From NCBI GenBank assembly GCA_043228905.1, contig JBHGNT010000006.1:22692001-22756000 (forward strand): 64,000 bases of DNA. The letters are read 5' to 3'. Source of the stretch: Azolla caroliniana. Taxonomy: Eukaryota > Plantae > Polypodiophyta. The notes below the pieces were generated by a model. That model had not been told where the DNA came from, made no database searches, and worked only from the letters and a program-made list of their open reading frames with translations. How positions within the stretch are numbered: the stretch's first letter is position 1; every line of letters starts with the position of its first letter. Both the position numbers and the translations under genes were made by a program. This document shows, piece after piece, positions 24,318 through 35,260 of the stretch.

Positions 24318-27300
24318 AAATGCGTGCGGCTTCGTATTTACACCCACCGGTTCGTGTACAAAATGTCAAGTCACGCGTCCATCCGTGTAAGGGCCGGTTT
24401 ACGCGCTTTCTCTCTGATTCCGCCTATGGCCGGTTTTCTTCACGACATCCACCCCCACCAAACCGCGCATCCACTGGTATCCGCTAGAGACGGGTAGATA
24501 TCGAAGAAACCCGGCCTCACTCGTTGCTCTCCGATTCTCCGCCGGACCCGAACTGATCGTCGTTGTCGCTCCCGCTCGCAGGCTCCGGCTCGTCTTCAAA
24601 CCAGTTTTTGAAAGCTTTGATCCGCTTTCCGGCCACTGGCACCGCTAATCGTGTCCCGTCGAGTTCCGCAAGGTGGTACGTGCCGTTGCCGTTCGCACTC
24701 ATCACCATGTAGGGCCCGAACCATCTCATAGCAAACTTTCGCACCGCCTTGTGCTGATTGTCGAGGCTGCTGTCGTATACCAAGACCCAATCGCCTTCCT
24801 CAATCTTCTTTGGTCGCAACTGGTGCGTCCGGTTGAACCGGGTCTTGTTCCGCTCCCTTGCCGTTCGCAGCCTTTCCTTCGCCTGTATCACGTCCTCCGG
24901 CCTCCGCTCGAGTTGCCGAATACGCGCCGCCAGCAACTGCTCCTGGCTCATTTCGTCCTTCCAATCTACCGCCGCCCACGAAGAAACTGTCCGTTCCACA
25001 GGCATGATGGGCTTTTGTCCGTACATTAGCTCCGCCGGCATAAACCCTGTCACCGAACTGTGCGTAGTCCGGTCCGCCCATAACGCGTAAGGAAGGAGTC
25101 GCGGCCAATTCTCGACCTGCCCACCGCATGCACGCACCAACGCCTTTACAATCGGTCCGTGCCCACATTCCGCCTTTCCGTTCGCCTCCGGATTGTACGC
25201 AGTGGTGAGGGAGAGTTTGACGCCTAGCCGGTCGAATAGCTCCTCGGCGTCCCGCGCATCCAGCTCTCCCCGGTTCGCCACGATCCTCCCGACGCACCCG
25301 TACCGACACACTACTTCTTCGATTAGGAACCGGCATACCGCCGCGGTTGTCTTGCTTTGTAGTGCACGGCCTTCCACCTGGTTCGTTAAGTCTTCCTGTG
25401 CAAGCACCAGGTATTGCATCTGTCCTACCCCCATCGACATCGTCACCAAGTCCACCATCCACTTGAAATGGACCGTAGGCGGGTAGGTCGGGTGTAGCTC
25501 GTCCCGGTGTCGGACTACGGAGTGCACCTGACAGCTTTCGCAAGTCGTTACGAACCGATGCACGTTTTGGTATAGCCCCGGCCAACAGTACTTCTCCTTC
25601 AGCTTCTCGAACGTGGCCCACGTTCCACGGTGTCCGGCCCATGGGCTCTCGTGGAATGCCGCCAGTAGTTTCCCATGTTCTTCTTTCTTTGCCACTACTT
25701 GGAGTGGGATGCCGCTTCTCTTCTTTGGGTGTTTCCATATGCACCCGTCCCGCAGGAAGAATCGGTACGCCTTCCTCCGTATCCGGCTCGCCTCCTCTCT
25801 CGCCCATGCTGCGTCCGACGTCATCGTCCGCAGGAACCTCCCGATTTGGAGCCACTCCCCATCGTACCTGCTTTCGTCAAATTCGTTAAGCGCTGGAGTG
25901 TTCCCTTTCCTTCTTGTCGTTACGTTAGCCGACCCGAAGAAGTCCTCGCCGACTTCTTCGTCTTCCGAAACCATGTCGTCTTCGTCGTTGAACCTTGCCC
26001 TCGAAAGCATGTCGGCCATGACGTTGTCCTTTTCGGAGATGTGCCATATCTCCGGGTTCAGGGACTTAATGTACGCTATCCACCGGAGCATCGCTAGGTC
26101 CGATGTCGCGCATCCAGAAACCATGCCGAGTATCGGCAAGCAGTCCGACTCGATAATCACCTCCGTCCCGATCAGATATTCCTTGTCGGCCTTGACTGCC
26201 GTAACGACACCCCAAAGTTCGCGCTTAACTTGGGCGTACCCTTGTTGCCGCTCACTCAATGCCTTCGCCCCGAACCGGATCGGGAATCGTACGCCGCCCT
26301 TGTCCTCCTGACTGATTACCCACCTGATCCCGGTCGGGCTGGTGTCCATCGTTACGCAGATGGGAATATCCTTGCCGTAAACCCCTTTACGGAGAGCCGG
26401 CGCTGCCGTAAGCGCCTCCTTTAGTCTCCGAACCGACTCCGTGTGCTCCGTCCTCCACCCGAAGCTACGCCCCTTTTTCAATAGTCCGTAGAGGGGTTCC
26501 GCGACATGTGCGTAGTGCGGGATCTAGATGTGGTAGAACGCGCATGCCCCCAAGAATCTGCGGACCTTCGTGACCGATCCGCAAACGTTCCTCATCGCGG
26601 AGATGGCCTCTACTTTTGTTGGAGACGGTTTCCTACCGTAAGGCCCGCATAGGTGTCCAACCACCAAGATCTCCGACTGTCCGAAGGCCGACTTTTCCCC
26701 GGAGAAGGTGAGCCTCGCGCGCTCTAGTCTCTGCAGCACCTTCTTGCAGTCATCGATGTGGGACGCCACGAAATTCCGACATCCGTCCGGCCCGATTGCC
26801 TCGTCCCTTTTCTCCACCGGGCATCCCTTGATCGGGATGTCGTCTAAGAACGGCATGGTGATGTCCGGGATACAATCCCTGAGCAATTTGTTCATCGCGT
26901 TCACCATGTGAGCCACTGAGTTCGTCCCTCCTTGTGGCAGGGTACACATCCGCACTAGGCCGAGAGGAGTCCACATCGTCGTAATGTCTCTGCTCTCCAC
27001 GGCTAGTTGGAACTGATCGTACCCCGAGTACAGATCACCGACACAATAGATCGACCTTCCAGTGAAGGCCTCCGCGAACTCGTCTATGGTCGGTCCGATC
27101 CCTGCATTACGGATGGTCACCTTGTTGACCGGTTGTAGGTCCTGGATGAAGCGCAGCGTGCCGTTCTTCTTCGGCACCGTAAACCATCGATTTGAATACG
27201 GGGCACTCGACGGTTCGAGGATGCCCATCTCCACCTTTTGCTTTAGGAGCTCCATCAACTTCGGGATGTGAGCTCTTGGCACCGGAATCGGCTTGAGATT

Positions 27301-29396
27301 CCACGGTACATGCAGTACCGTGAAGATCACCATCGGTTCGACAACTGTCGGGTCTACGCACCCGATCTCCTTTGGTGAGAATGCGAAAGCCTTCCCGTGC
27401 CTTCCGAGCATTCTCCGAAACCAGTCCTCCTCAGCCGGCAGTAGGAAGCCGCCCCCACCGACCTTGAGCTCCCGTAGCGTTATGTCGGTGAACCGGTGCC
27501 CTATGCCAGCCGGATTTCATAAACTTGGGTCCGACGCGACCCCTTTTATCTGCTCCTCGCTGCCCTCTGGCAAGGGTGCCGCGACTGACCTCACCTTCCG
27601 GTCCACAGTCTTGTATTTCGTATCCACGCGGGCCGTCCGATCCGACCTGATCCTTTCCCCGAAGTCTGCGATGACTTCGTACATTCCCATCGACCCTACC
27701 GGAACGGTCCAGTCTTCCCTAAGGTCTTGACCGATCACCTTTCGTAGTTCGCCCAAGGTGTCGTCAAAAGAGACCGCCTCTACGGCGCCGTTGATGTCCT
27801 CGTCGGGGAGGAGGACTCCGCATCCCCTGAGCCGCTCCTCCGCTCGCTTCCTCTCCATGCCGCTGACGCTGGTTATAGTACAACCTCCGCTGTCGGAGAA
27901 CCAAAATTTCCTACCTATGGTACAAGTCTTCTTCCGTACTGTACATTTGTGGGGTTCTTCCCGGGTGTCCGGACTATCGCGGCCCCACGCCTTGACAACC
28001 CTCTCTAAACATCCCCTCGCGGTTACGCTCGTGGTTTGGTCGCACCATTAGGAACTGGACTGAGGGATGCCCGTCCTGGCTCTTGACTCTTGCATAGGCT
28101 GAACCGTTGTCCAGCACCTTGGTCTCCATCCGTGTTGCCGTGATATATGGCTCTCCTAGTATAACCGGATGCGAGGACGTCTCTTGCACGAAGAAGTGCT
28201 GGTCGATCTCAACATCGCCGATTTTCACCCGTACGTTTGGACAGGCCCCATGTAGTTCTTCCGTGGCGCGCATCCCTGCCCGTATCGCACAACCATGCTT
28301 GGTGTTGATCGGCCATTTACCCTTCTTGTAGAAATCCATGGACATCAGGTTGATTTGGGATCCATGGTCTACCAACGCCACCACGGTTCCAGAACGTTGC
28401 CGATCCGTACAGGGGTTTCCGTAGTCGCCCTGGCTCAATGCGGTTTCGTGTAGTGGCTTCCCGCCAGCTCATCTTCCAAGGCTCCGTCTTCCAGGTGCGT
28501 GGTCCGCACTTCCATCGGCTTCTTCGGTTCCGGCTCCGTCGAGAGCCTCTTCCGCTTCACCAAGTCTACGATAGAGTCGTGGAACTCCCTCTTGGCGATT
28601 CCCAACACCTCCCGCAACGACAACTCCACTTTACTGTCGAGGATTCGCTCTTCCAGGACCTTTCGCAGGTCTGTGGTCCTTTCGATCTCGATGCTCAACC
28701 GAAACCCCGCCTGCTTCTTTCTGTCCGGTGCGCCCGGGTTGCCGGTACCGGTCGGTTTCGGTCCGAATTGGGTCTCATACCTCGGGGGGCCGACCCCTCC
28801 GGCCTTTCCTGCCCGTTTGTCCTCCACCAAAACCTCGTAGTTCTGGCAAGTGGCTTCTACGAAGCCCGTTTTGTCTTCCACCGGATCATCCCAACCGGTG
28901 ACCTCCTGGACCCGCTGTTCCGCGTGGTTCGCCTCTTCCTTCCTCAGCCGAACTCTGGAGAGGCCTTCCAGCACTAGCGGTCAGAATCCGGAGTCCTTCA
29001 CCTTCCGGGTCTCATCACCCCCGACCCGAATTCCCGCCGACACTGAGTAGTTAACGGCTTCAACGTGCCGTGCCGCGGCCTCTTCCATCAACCTCTTCAT
29101 TCCACCGCGCCCTGTATTCAGCTCTAGGGCTCTCCGGGTCTCGCTCGCGTGCACCCGCCCGTTCTAGAGGTACACCACGTTGGTCCTGAGCGCGTTGGCA
29201 AAATCCGCACAGTCCTTCCGAATGTGACCGATCGCGTCACACCACATGCACCGCTGCCCAGCTGGTGGCCTCCGGTCGCGAGGTTGTTCACCGCCGTCTC
29301 TTCGGGCTTGTGCGATCTGCAGGTCGCGCACCATTTGTGTTAGCTCCTCCAGATGGGTCTCTGACCACGTCGTTCGATGCCGACTCCGACTCCGGC
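24318..29396 (-). mobile_element. Ty3/Gypsy internal region (gag Zn-knuckle, PR, RT, RH, INT), copy 1 of DHG-protease lineage
   Basis: CMWCDAIGHIRKDC knuckle, LVDHGSQINLM protease, FLDDIPIKG RT, RH, HESPWAGH...CESCQ and WMVDLV...AYNPEANG integrase, WFGPY; continues at 35175-35260 beyond the nested insertion. Confidence 0.92.
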
Positions 29397-29686
29397 TGTC
29401 ATAACTAGACTCGAACCCATAACCTTTTGTTACACGGGTCGAGACTTTACCATTAGGTTATAAATTGTAATTTGAAGGATATTATTTTCATTTAGGTTTT
29501 ATTGGGAAATTGATGTATATTCCAGATTTCTCTGGAACATTCTAGAAACTTCAGGAGTATTCCTGAAGACACTATAAAAGGAGGCGCAAGGCATTAGTTC
29601 GAACCAAATCGGTTCAACGCCAGTCTTAAGCCTTCTAACTACTGTTGTATATCTTCCTTCATATAATACATATACCTTTCGCATCA

Positions 29687-29730
<44 letters not shown>

Positions 29731-29863
29731 ATCCATTCCTTCTCTCAAAGTTCGACACCTCTCATAGTACTAATCCTTCTCTGTCTTAGTACTATTCCCC
29801 GACAATAGTACTAATCCTTCTTTTAGTACTAATTCCTTCTCTGCCCTAATAGAGTTCCTGACA
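29397..29863 (+). repeat. 5' LTR of chromovirus (467 bp)
   Basis: Identical by eye to the 3' LTR except 8 bp more of (CT)n. Confidence 0.97.
29520..29579 (+). promoter_or_regulatory. Heat-shock element array plus TATA box in LTR U3
   Basis: Alternating TTC/GAA every 5 bp from 29520 to 29567 (10 units, 7 perfect), TATAAAA 29573; second copy in the 3' LTR from 34834. Confidence 0.8.
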
Positions 29864-29964
29864 GTTTGAACCGATTTCTCGGTGCCTGTCTGGTCTTTTC
29901 TCTCCCTCTTCCTTCTGTCTCCCTCCTTTCCTATTAGTCTCTTATTTTCCTTTTCCTTCATCCC

Positions 29965-31134
29965 ATGGCCACCGTTAGCGCTGAAGAGTATCAATCCGTT
30001 TTCTCGGAATTTCAATGCTTGAAAGAGAAGTTTCATGCTTTGGAACAAGAAAATCAACGCTTGTTGGGGGATCTTCAGCAAATTTCCTTAGAAAAGCAGC
30101 AAACGCAACAACAGCATGGGGAACTTGCGTTACGCGTGCAACAACTCGAAGCAACCATCGTAGCAATGCAACAACAAGGGCACGGAGCACAAGGGATTCA
30201 TAAAGAACCCAAGATTGGCCTTCCCACGAAGTTTGATGGAACGCGATCGCAGTTTAGAGGGTTTCTTAACCAGGTACGGTTAGTTATTCAAATGCATCCA
30301 TCCCGATATCCCACCGATGCATCACGAGTGGGTTTAGTAGGCACGTTGTTAAATGGCTCAGCATTAGCATGGTTCGCTCCGCTACTAGAAAAGGAATCTC
30401 CAGTACTAAATAATTTTGAAGAATTCATAAATGAGTTTAAAGCATGTTTTGGAGATACTGACAGCATAAGGACTGCAATCAACAAAATCCGGCGATTACG
30501 CCAAGGTGACCGTCTAGCCTCCGCATATGCTGCAGATTTCCGCCTACTCGCCACCGATATCCCCTGGGATGATCAAGCATTGATGGAGCAGTTCCGCTAT
30601 GGTCTACGCAACGATGTCAAGGATTTACTCTTGACTTTCCCTGAAGAGCCAAAATCATTAACAGAAGCAATCAGTCGAGCGGTCAGATGTGACAACCGCC
30701 TCTTCGAGCGACGTTCGGAACGACAATTTCAGATGCCGAGGGCAAGATCCGAGCCTACCTATGCCTCAGTGGTAGCAAAACCTTTTCAAAGGGAGTCACA
30801 TAATGCGCCTCCAGTAAGTACTCCAACTCCAATGGAAATTGACACTACACGTCGTCGTGGGCCGCTATCGGAGGAGGAAAAGCAACGACGCCGAACAAAC
30901 CGATTATTCCTTTATTGCGGTGGACCAGGGCATATCGCGATAAACTGTCCCCATAGACCAAGAAGGCAGGTAAACCAAGTCGTTGTTAGATCTGACTATA
31001 CTAAACCCGAGTCTATTTCAGTAGGAATCTCTGATAGTCCTCATAGTCATAATAGTCCTAATAGTACTAATAGTCCGAATCTCGCAAACAAATTTGATGT
31101 CCTTAGCCAATTAGAAGAAGAGTTAAACGACTAA
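29965..31134 (+). CDS. gag: Gag (coiled-coil N-terminus, capsid domain, Zn knuckle with Cys->Phe)
   Basis: LPTKFDGTRSQFRGFLNQ, LRQG...YAADF, PMEID, LFLYCGGPGHIAINC. Confidence 0.93.
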   Translation: MATVSAEEYQSVFSEFQCLKEKFHALEQENQRLLGDLQQISLEKQQTQQQHGELALRVQQLEATIVAMQQQGHGAQGIHKEPKIGLPTKFDGTRSQFRGFLNQVRLVIQMHPSRYPTDASRVGLVGTLLNGSALAWFAPLLEKESPVLNNFEEFINEFKACFGDTDSIRTAINKIRRLRQGDRLASAYAADFRLLATDIPWDDQALMEQFRYGLRNDVKDLLLTFPEEPKSLTEAISRAVRCDNRLFERRSERQFQMPRARSEPTYASVVAKPFQRESHNAPPVSTPTPMEIDTTRRRGPLSEEEKQRRRTNRLFLYCGGPGHIAINCPHRPRRQVNQVVVRSDYTKPESISVGISDSPHSHNSPNSTNSPNLANKFDVLSQLEEELND

Positions 31135-34100
31135 GTCCAGCCAAAATAGGAGCCGTTTGGTTGGACAGCCCTAGATCTGTGCAGCCCATTAGTGGTTCCA
31201 TTCCCTCTAAGCAAGTTAGTGATGTGTTCGTAGCCCAAGTAGCAGTTAGTACTAAAAGTACCCCTCCAGTACATACCTTAGCCCTTCTAGATTCCGGAGC
31301 TAATTCTTGCTTCATGGATAGGAATTTTGCCCGAGCTCATCAGATATCTCTCAGAAAGCTCCCATGTCCAGCCTCAGTAGTAGTCATTGATGGTCGTCCC
31401 ATTGCTTCTGGTAATATCATAGAAGAGTCGGAACCCGTTAATATTGTCCTAGATAACTTAACATGTGTAGTATCATTTAATATTATTAGTATTCCAGAAC
31501 ATCCCATAGTTTTAGGATTACCATGGTTCGAGTTACATAACCCAGACATAGATTGGAGGACAAGGGAAATCCGGTTGCGACAAACCCAAGGATCTACCCA
31601 GAAGGTTGCAACCATTTCGCTACGTCAGTTGCGTGAGGAAGGGCGCAAGGAGGAAATGTTTCTCTTCGCAATATCAGTACAACCCTCCAGTACCACCAAA
31701 GAGGAGTCCACCGTTCAACTTCCCGAGAAGTATCGTCAGTATGCTGATGTGTTCGATAAAGTACAAGCCAACACACTTCCTCATCATCGGCCGTACGATT
31801 GCGCCATCGACTTACAACCGGGAAAAGAGCCGCCATGGGGGCCGATCTACAATTTGTCACCAACCGAGCTAGAAGTCCTTCGAGCCTATATAGAGGAGAA
31901 TTTGGAGAACGGTTTCATTCGGCATTCGAAATCTCCAGCCGGCGCACCCATTTTCTTCGTCAAGAAAAAAGATGGCTCGCTTCGACTCGTTGTAGATTAC
32001 CGTGGCTTGAATAAGGTCACAGTAAGAAATAGGTATGCTCTTCCCCTTATCTCAAGTCTTTTAGAACGGATCAACGGTGCCAGGTTCTTCACGAAGATCG
32101 ACTTACGAGGAGCCTATAACCTCGTACGGATCCGACCAGGAGATGAATGGAAGACCGCGTTTCGCACCAGATATGGGCACTTCGAGTATACGGTCATGCC
32201 GTTCGGACTCACTAATGCGCCGGCAGTCTTCCAGCACATGGCGAATGATATATTTCGAGATCTCTTGGATGATTTTTTGATCATCTATTTGGATGATCTA
32301 CTGGTTTATTCAAAGACCCAAGAAGAACATGATTCTCATGTACTATTAGTACTAAAACGACTTCGAGAACATGGTCTGTATGCAAAGTTAGAGAAATGTA
32401 GTTTCGGGTGCAACTAAGTGGAGTTTCTCGGCTATGTCATCTCCTCAGAAGGCATATCTATGGACCCAGCCAAGGTCAAAACGGTGATAGAATGGCACAC
32501 TCCGCGTTCGGTGCGGGATGTGCAATGCTTCCTAGGCTTTGCAAATTTTTACCGGAAGTTCATACAAAATTACTCAAAAATTGTGCTGCCTCTCACACAG
32601 CTCACCAGGAAGGGACAATCATTCCTTTGGTCTAAAGAGACGGACATGGCTTTCGAGAGTCTTAAGAAGGCGTTTACATCAGCTCCAATTTTAGGTCATG
32701 TGGATCCGGAAAAACCATTCATTATCGAAGCTGACGCATCGGATTTCGCATTGGGGAGCATTCTGTCACAACAGGGTAACGACGAGAAGCTACATCCTGT
32801 GGCTTTCCACTCCCGTAAGTTTGACGCCGCCGAAATCAACTACGAAATTCATGATAAAGAGCTATTAGCAATAGTTGATTCTTTTATGCAATGGAGGCAT
32901 TTCCTGGAGGGATCTCCTCATCAGGTCACTGTATTCAGTGACCACAAGAACCTTGCCTACTTTCAAGATGCTCGTGTACTGAATCGACGTCAAGCTCGGT
33001 GGGCCCACTTCCTCACACGCTTCGACTTCAAAATTACATATCGTCCGGGGAAGCACCAAGGGAAGGCAGATGCATTATCACGGCGTTCGTATCTAACACC
33101 ACGTCCCGGTGAGCCAGCTTTCGATAACCAGAAGCAAGTAATCTTGGGTCCAGCACGACTGCAAGCAGCACAGGTCTTTGACATGCCCGTGGATTCCGAC
33201 ATTACCAATACTATACGTGAGGACTTGAAGACTGACGCTTTCGCCCAAGCTATACTAGCACAAATTGACCCCTCTCGAGCGTCATGTTCACAATCACAAT
33301 CACCAGGTACGGATTATCGGCAATTCAAATACTGTGATGGATTACTCTTCTTTAAAGAACTTTTGTATGTTCCTAATGGTTCTTGCCGCCTTCGAGTAGT
33401 ACAAAACTGCCATGACACATATACAGCAGGACATTTTGGTAGTACTAAAACATTAGATTTAGTACAACGATCATTCTGGTGGCCCCGTATGCGACAATTT
33501 GTCGAAGATTTTGTTCGGACTTGCGATACATGCTGCAGAGCGAAAATGCCAAGACATCATCCATATGGTTTATTAGAACCATTACCAATTCCAAGCAAGC
33601 CATGGCAATCCATTGCTCTTGACTTCATTACAGATCTTCCAGTCTCTAAGGGATTCAGTGCGATTCTCACAGTGGTGGATCGATATACAAAGATGGCTCA
33701 TTTCTTACCATGTACTAAAGAAATATCTAGTGAAGACACCGCCGAAATTGTCATGCGGGAAGTATGTCGGCATCATGGACTCCCTGATAATATCATCAGC
33801 GATCGTGGACCTCAGTTTGTGTCAAAATTCTGGAAGCACCTTTTTAAAATGCTGAAGGTCACTTGTCACCTCTCCTCCGGCTACCACCCACAAACCGACG
33901 GTCAAGCTGAACGAACAAATCAAACACTGGAGCAGTATCTGCGGTGCTTTATCAACTATCATCAGAATGACTGGGCAGATATTCTTCAGTTCGCCGAATT
34001 TGCCTATAATAACGCTATCCACGCATCGACTAAAGTCACGCCATTCTACGCTTATACAGGATATCATCCCCGGTGGTGTGTCCTTGAAACCCCAGAAGTG

Positions 34101-34718
34101 TCCACAAATCCTTGCGCGGAGGATCGTTTGGAGCGGTTACGCAAGATACAAGCGGTTTTATCTACTCAACTCCAGCAAGCTCAACAATCACACAAGGACT
34201 ACGCAGATCGTCATCGACTTCCATCCAGTTTTAACATTGGAGATCGGGTGTGGCTGCTACGACGACACATCAAGACTACTCGCCCATGTGAGAAGTTGGA
34301 TTATCGGCGATTAGGTCCTTTCCGTATTATCGGGAAGATTAATGATGTCGCTTTTCGTCTCGAGCTACCTCCGCAACTTCGGATACATCCGGTGTTTCAT
34401 AGTTCTCTCCTCGAACCCTATCACGAGAGCACTATCCCAGGACGTACTATACAACCACCACCTCCTATCGAGCTCGAAGATGGACCTGAGTATGAGGTCG
34501 CTGCCATCCTCGATTCCAAGATTGTTCGCAACAAGCTCTACTATCTAGTCGATTGGCTAGGATATAGTCCCAGCGAGCGTACTTGGGAACCGATCGAGAA
34601 TGTGACCAATGCTCGTGCTCTTCTAGAAGACTTCCATCAACGATATCCCGAGAAACCGGGTCCTCAATCCAAAACGACTCGTGGAACTCGTCGTTTTAAA
34701 GGGGGGATAGTGTCATAA
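31128..34718 (+). pseudogene. pol: Pol (PR-RT-RH-INT-chromodomain) in -1 frame to gag, one internal TAA at 32415-32417
   Basis: LLDSGA, YLDD, DASDF, HHCC zinc motif, IALDF, SDRGPQF, GPF, EYEVAAILDS...YLVDWLGY...TWEP. Confidence 0.93.
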
Positions 34719-35000
34719 CTAGACTCGAACCCATAACCTTTTGTTACACGGGTCGAGACTTTACCATTAGGTTATAAATTGTAATTTGAAGGATATTATT
34801 TTCATTTAGGTTTTATTGGGAAATTGATGTATATTCCAGATTTCTCTGGAACATTCTAGAAACTTCAGGAGTATTCCTGAAGACACTATAAAAGGAGGCG
34901 CAAGGCATTAGTTCGAACCAAATCGGTTCAACGCCAGTCTTAAGCCTTCTAACTACTGTTGTATATCTTCCTTCATATAATACATATACCTTTCGCATCA

Positions 35001-35036
<36 letters not shown>

Positions 35037-35169
35037 ATCCATTCCTTCTCTCAAAGTTCGACACCTCTCATAGTACTAATCCTTCTCTGTCTTAGTACTA
35101 TTCCCCGACAATAGTACTAATCCTTCTTTTAGTACTAATTCCTTCTCTGCCCTAATAGAGTTCCTGACA
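34711..35169 (+). repeat. 3' LTR of chromovirus (459 bp)
   Basis: Direct repeat of 29397-29863, followed by TSD CCGGC. Confidence 0.97.
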
Positions 35170-35260
35170 CCGGCCAGATTCGGGTCTCTTCCTTCCTCCC
35201 AGCCGGCACCGAAACTGGCTCCTCGAGCCTCCTCCCTACGGCCAGCCCCGACCCCGACGT

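Larger units (their letters stand above)
29397..35169 (+). mobile_element. Full-length chromodomain Ty3/Gypsy (chromovirus, Tcn1/Tf1-sushi-like)
   Basis: LTRs 29397-29863 and 34711-35169 (TG...CA), TSD CCGGC on both sides, PPT AAAGGGGGGATAG before 3' LTR, gag-PR-RT-RH-INT-chromodomain. Confidence 0.97.

Noticed and set aside
24596-29343. Numerous long antisense or alternate-frame ORFs over GC-rich retroelements (also 52355-56440 and 59765-60705)
   Set aside because: Expected shadows of GC-rich coding DNA and repeats; no independent motifs
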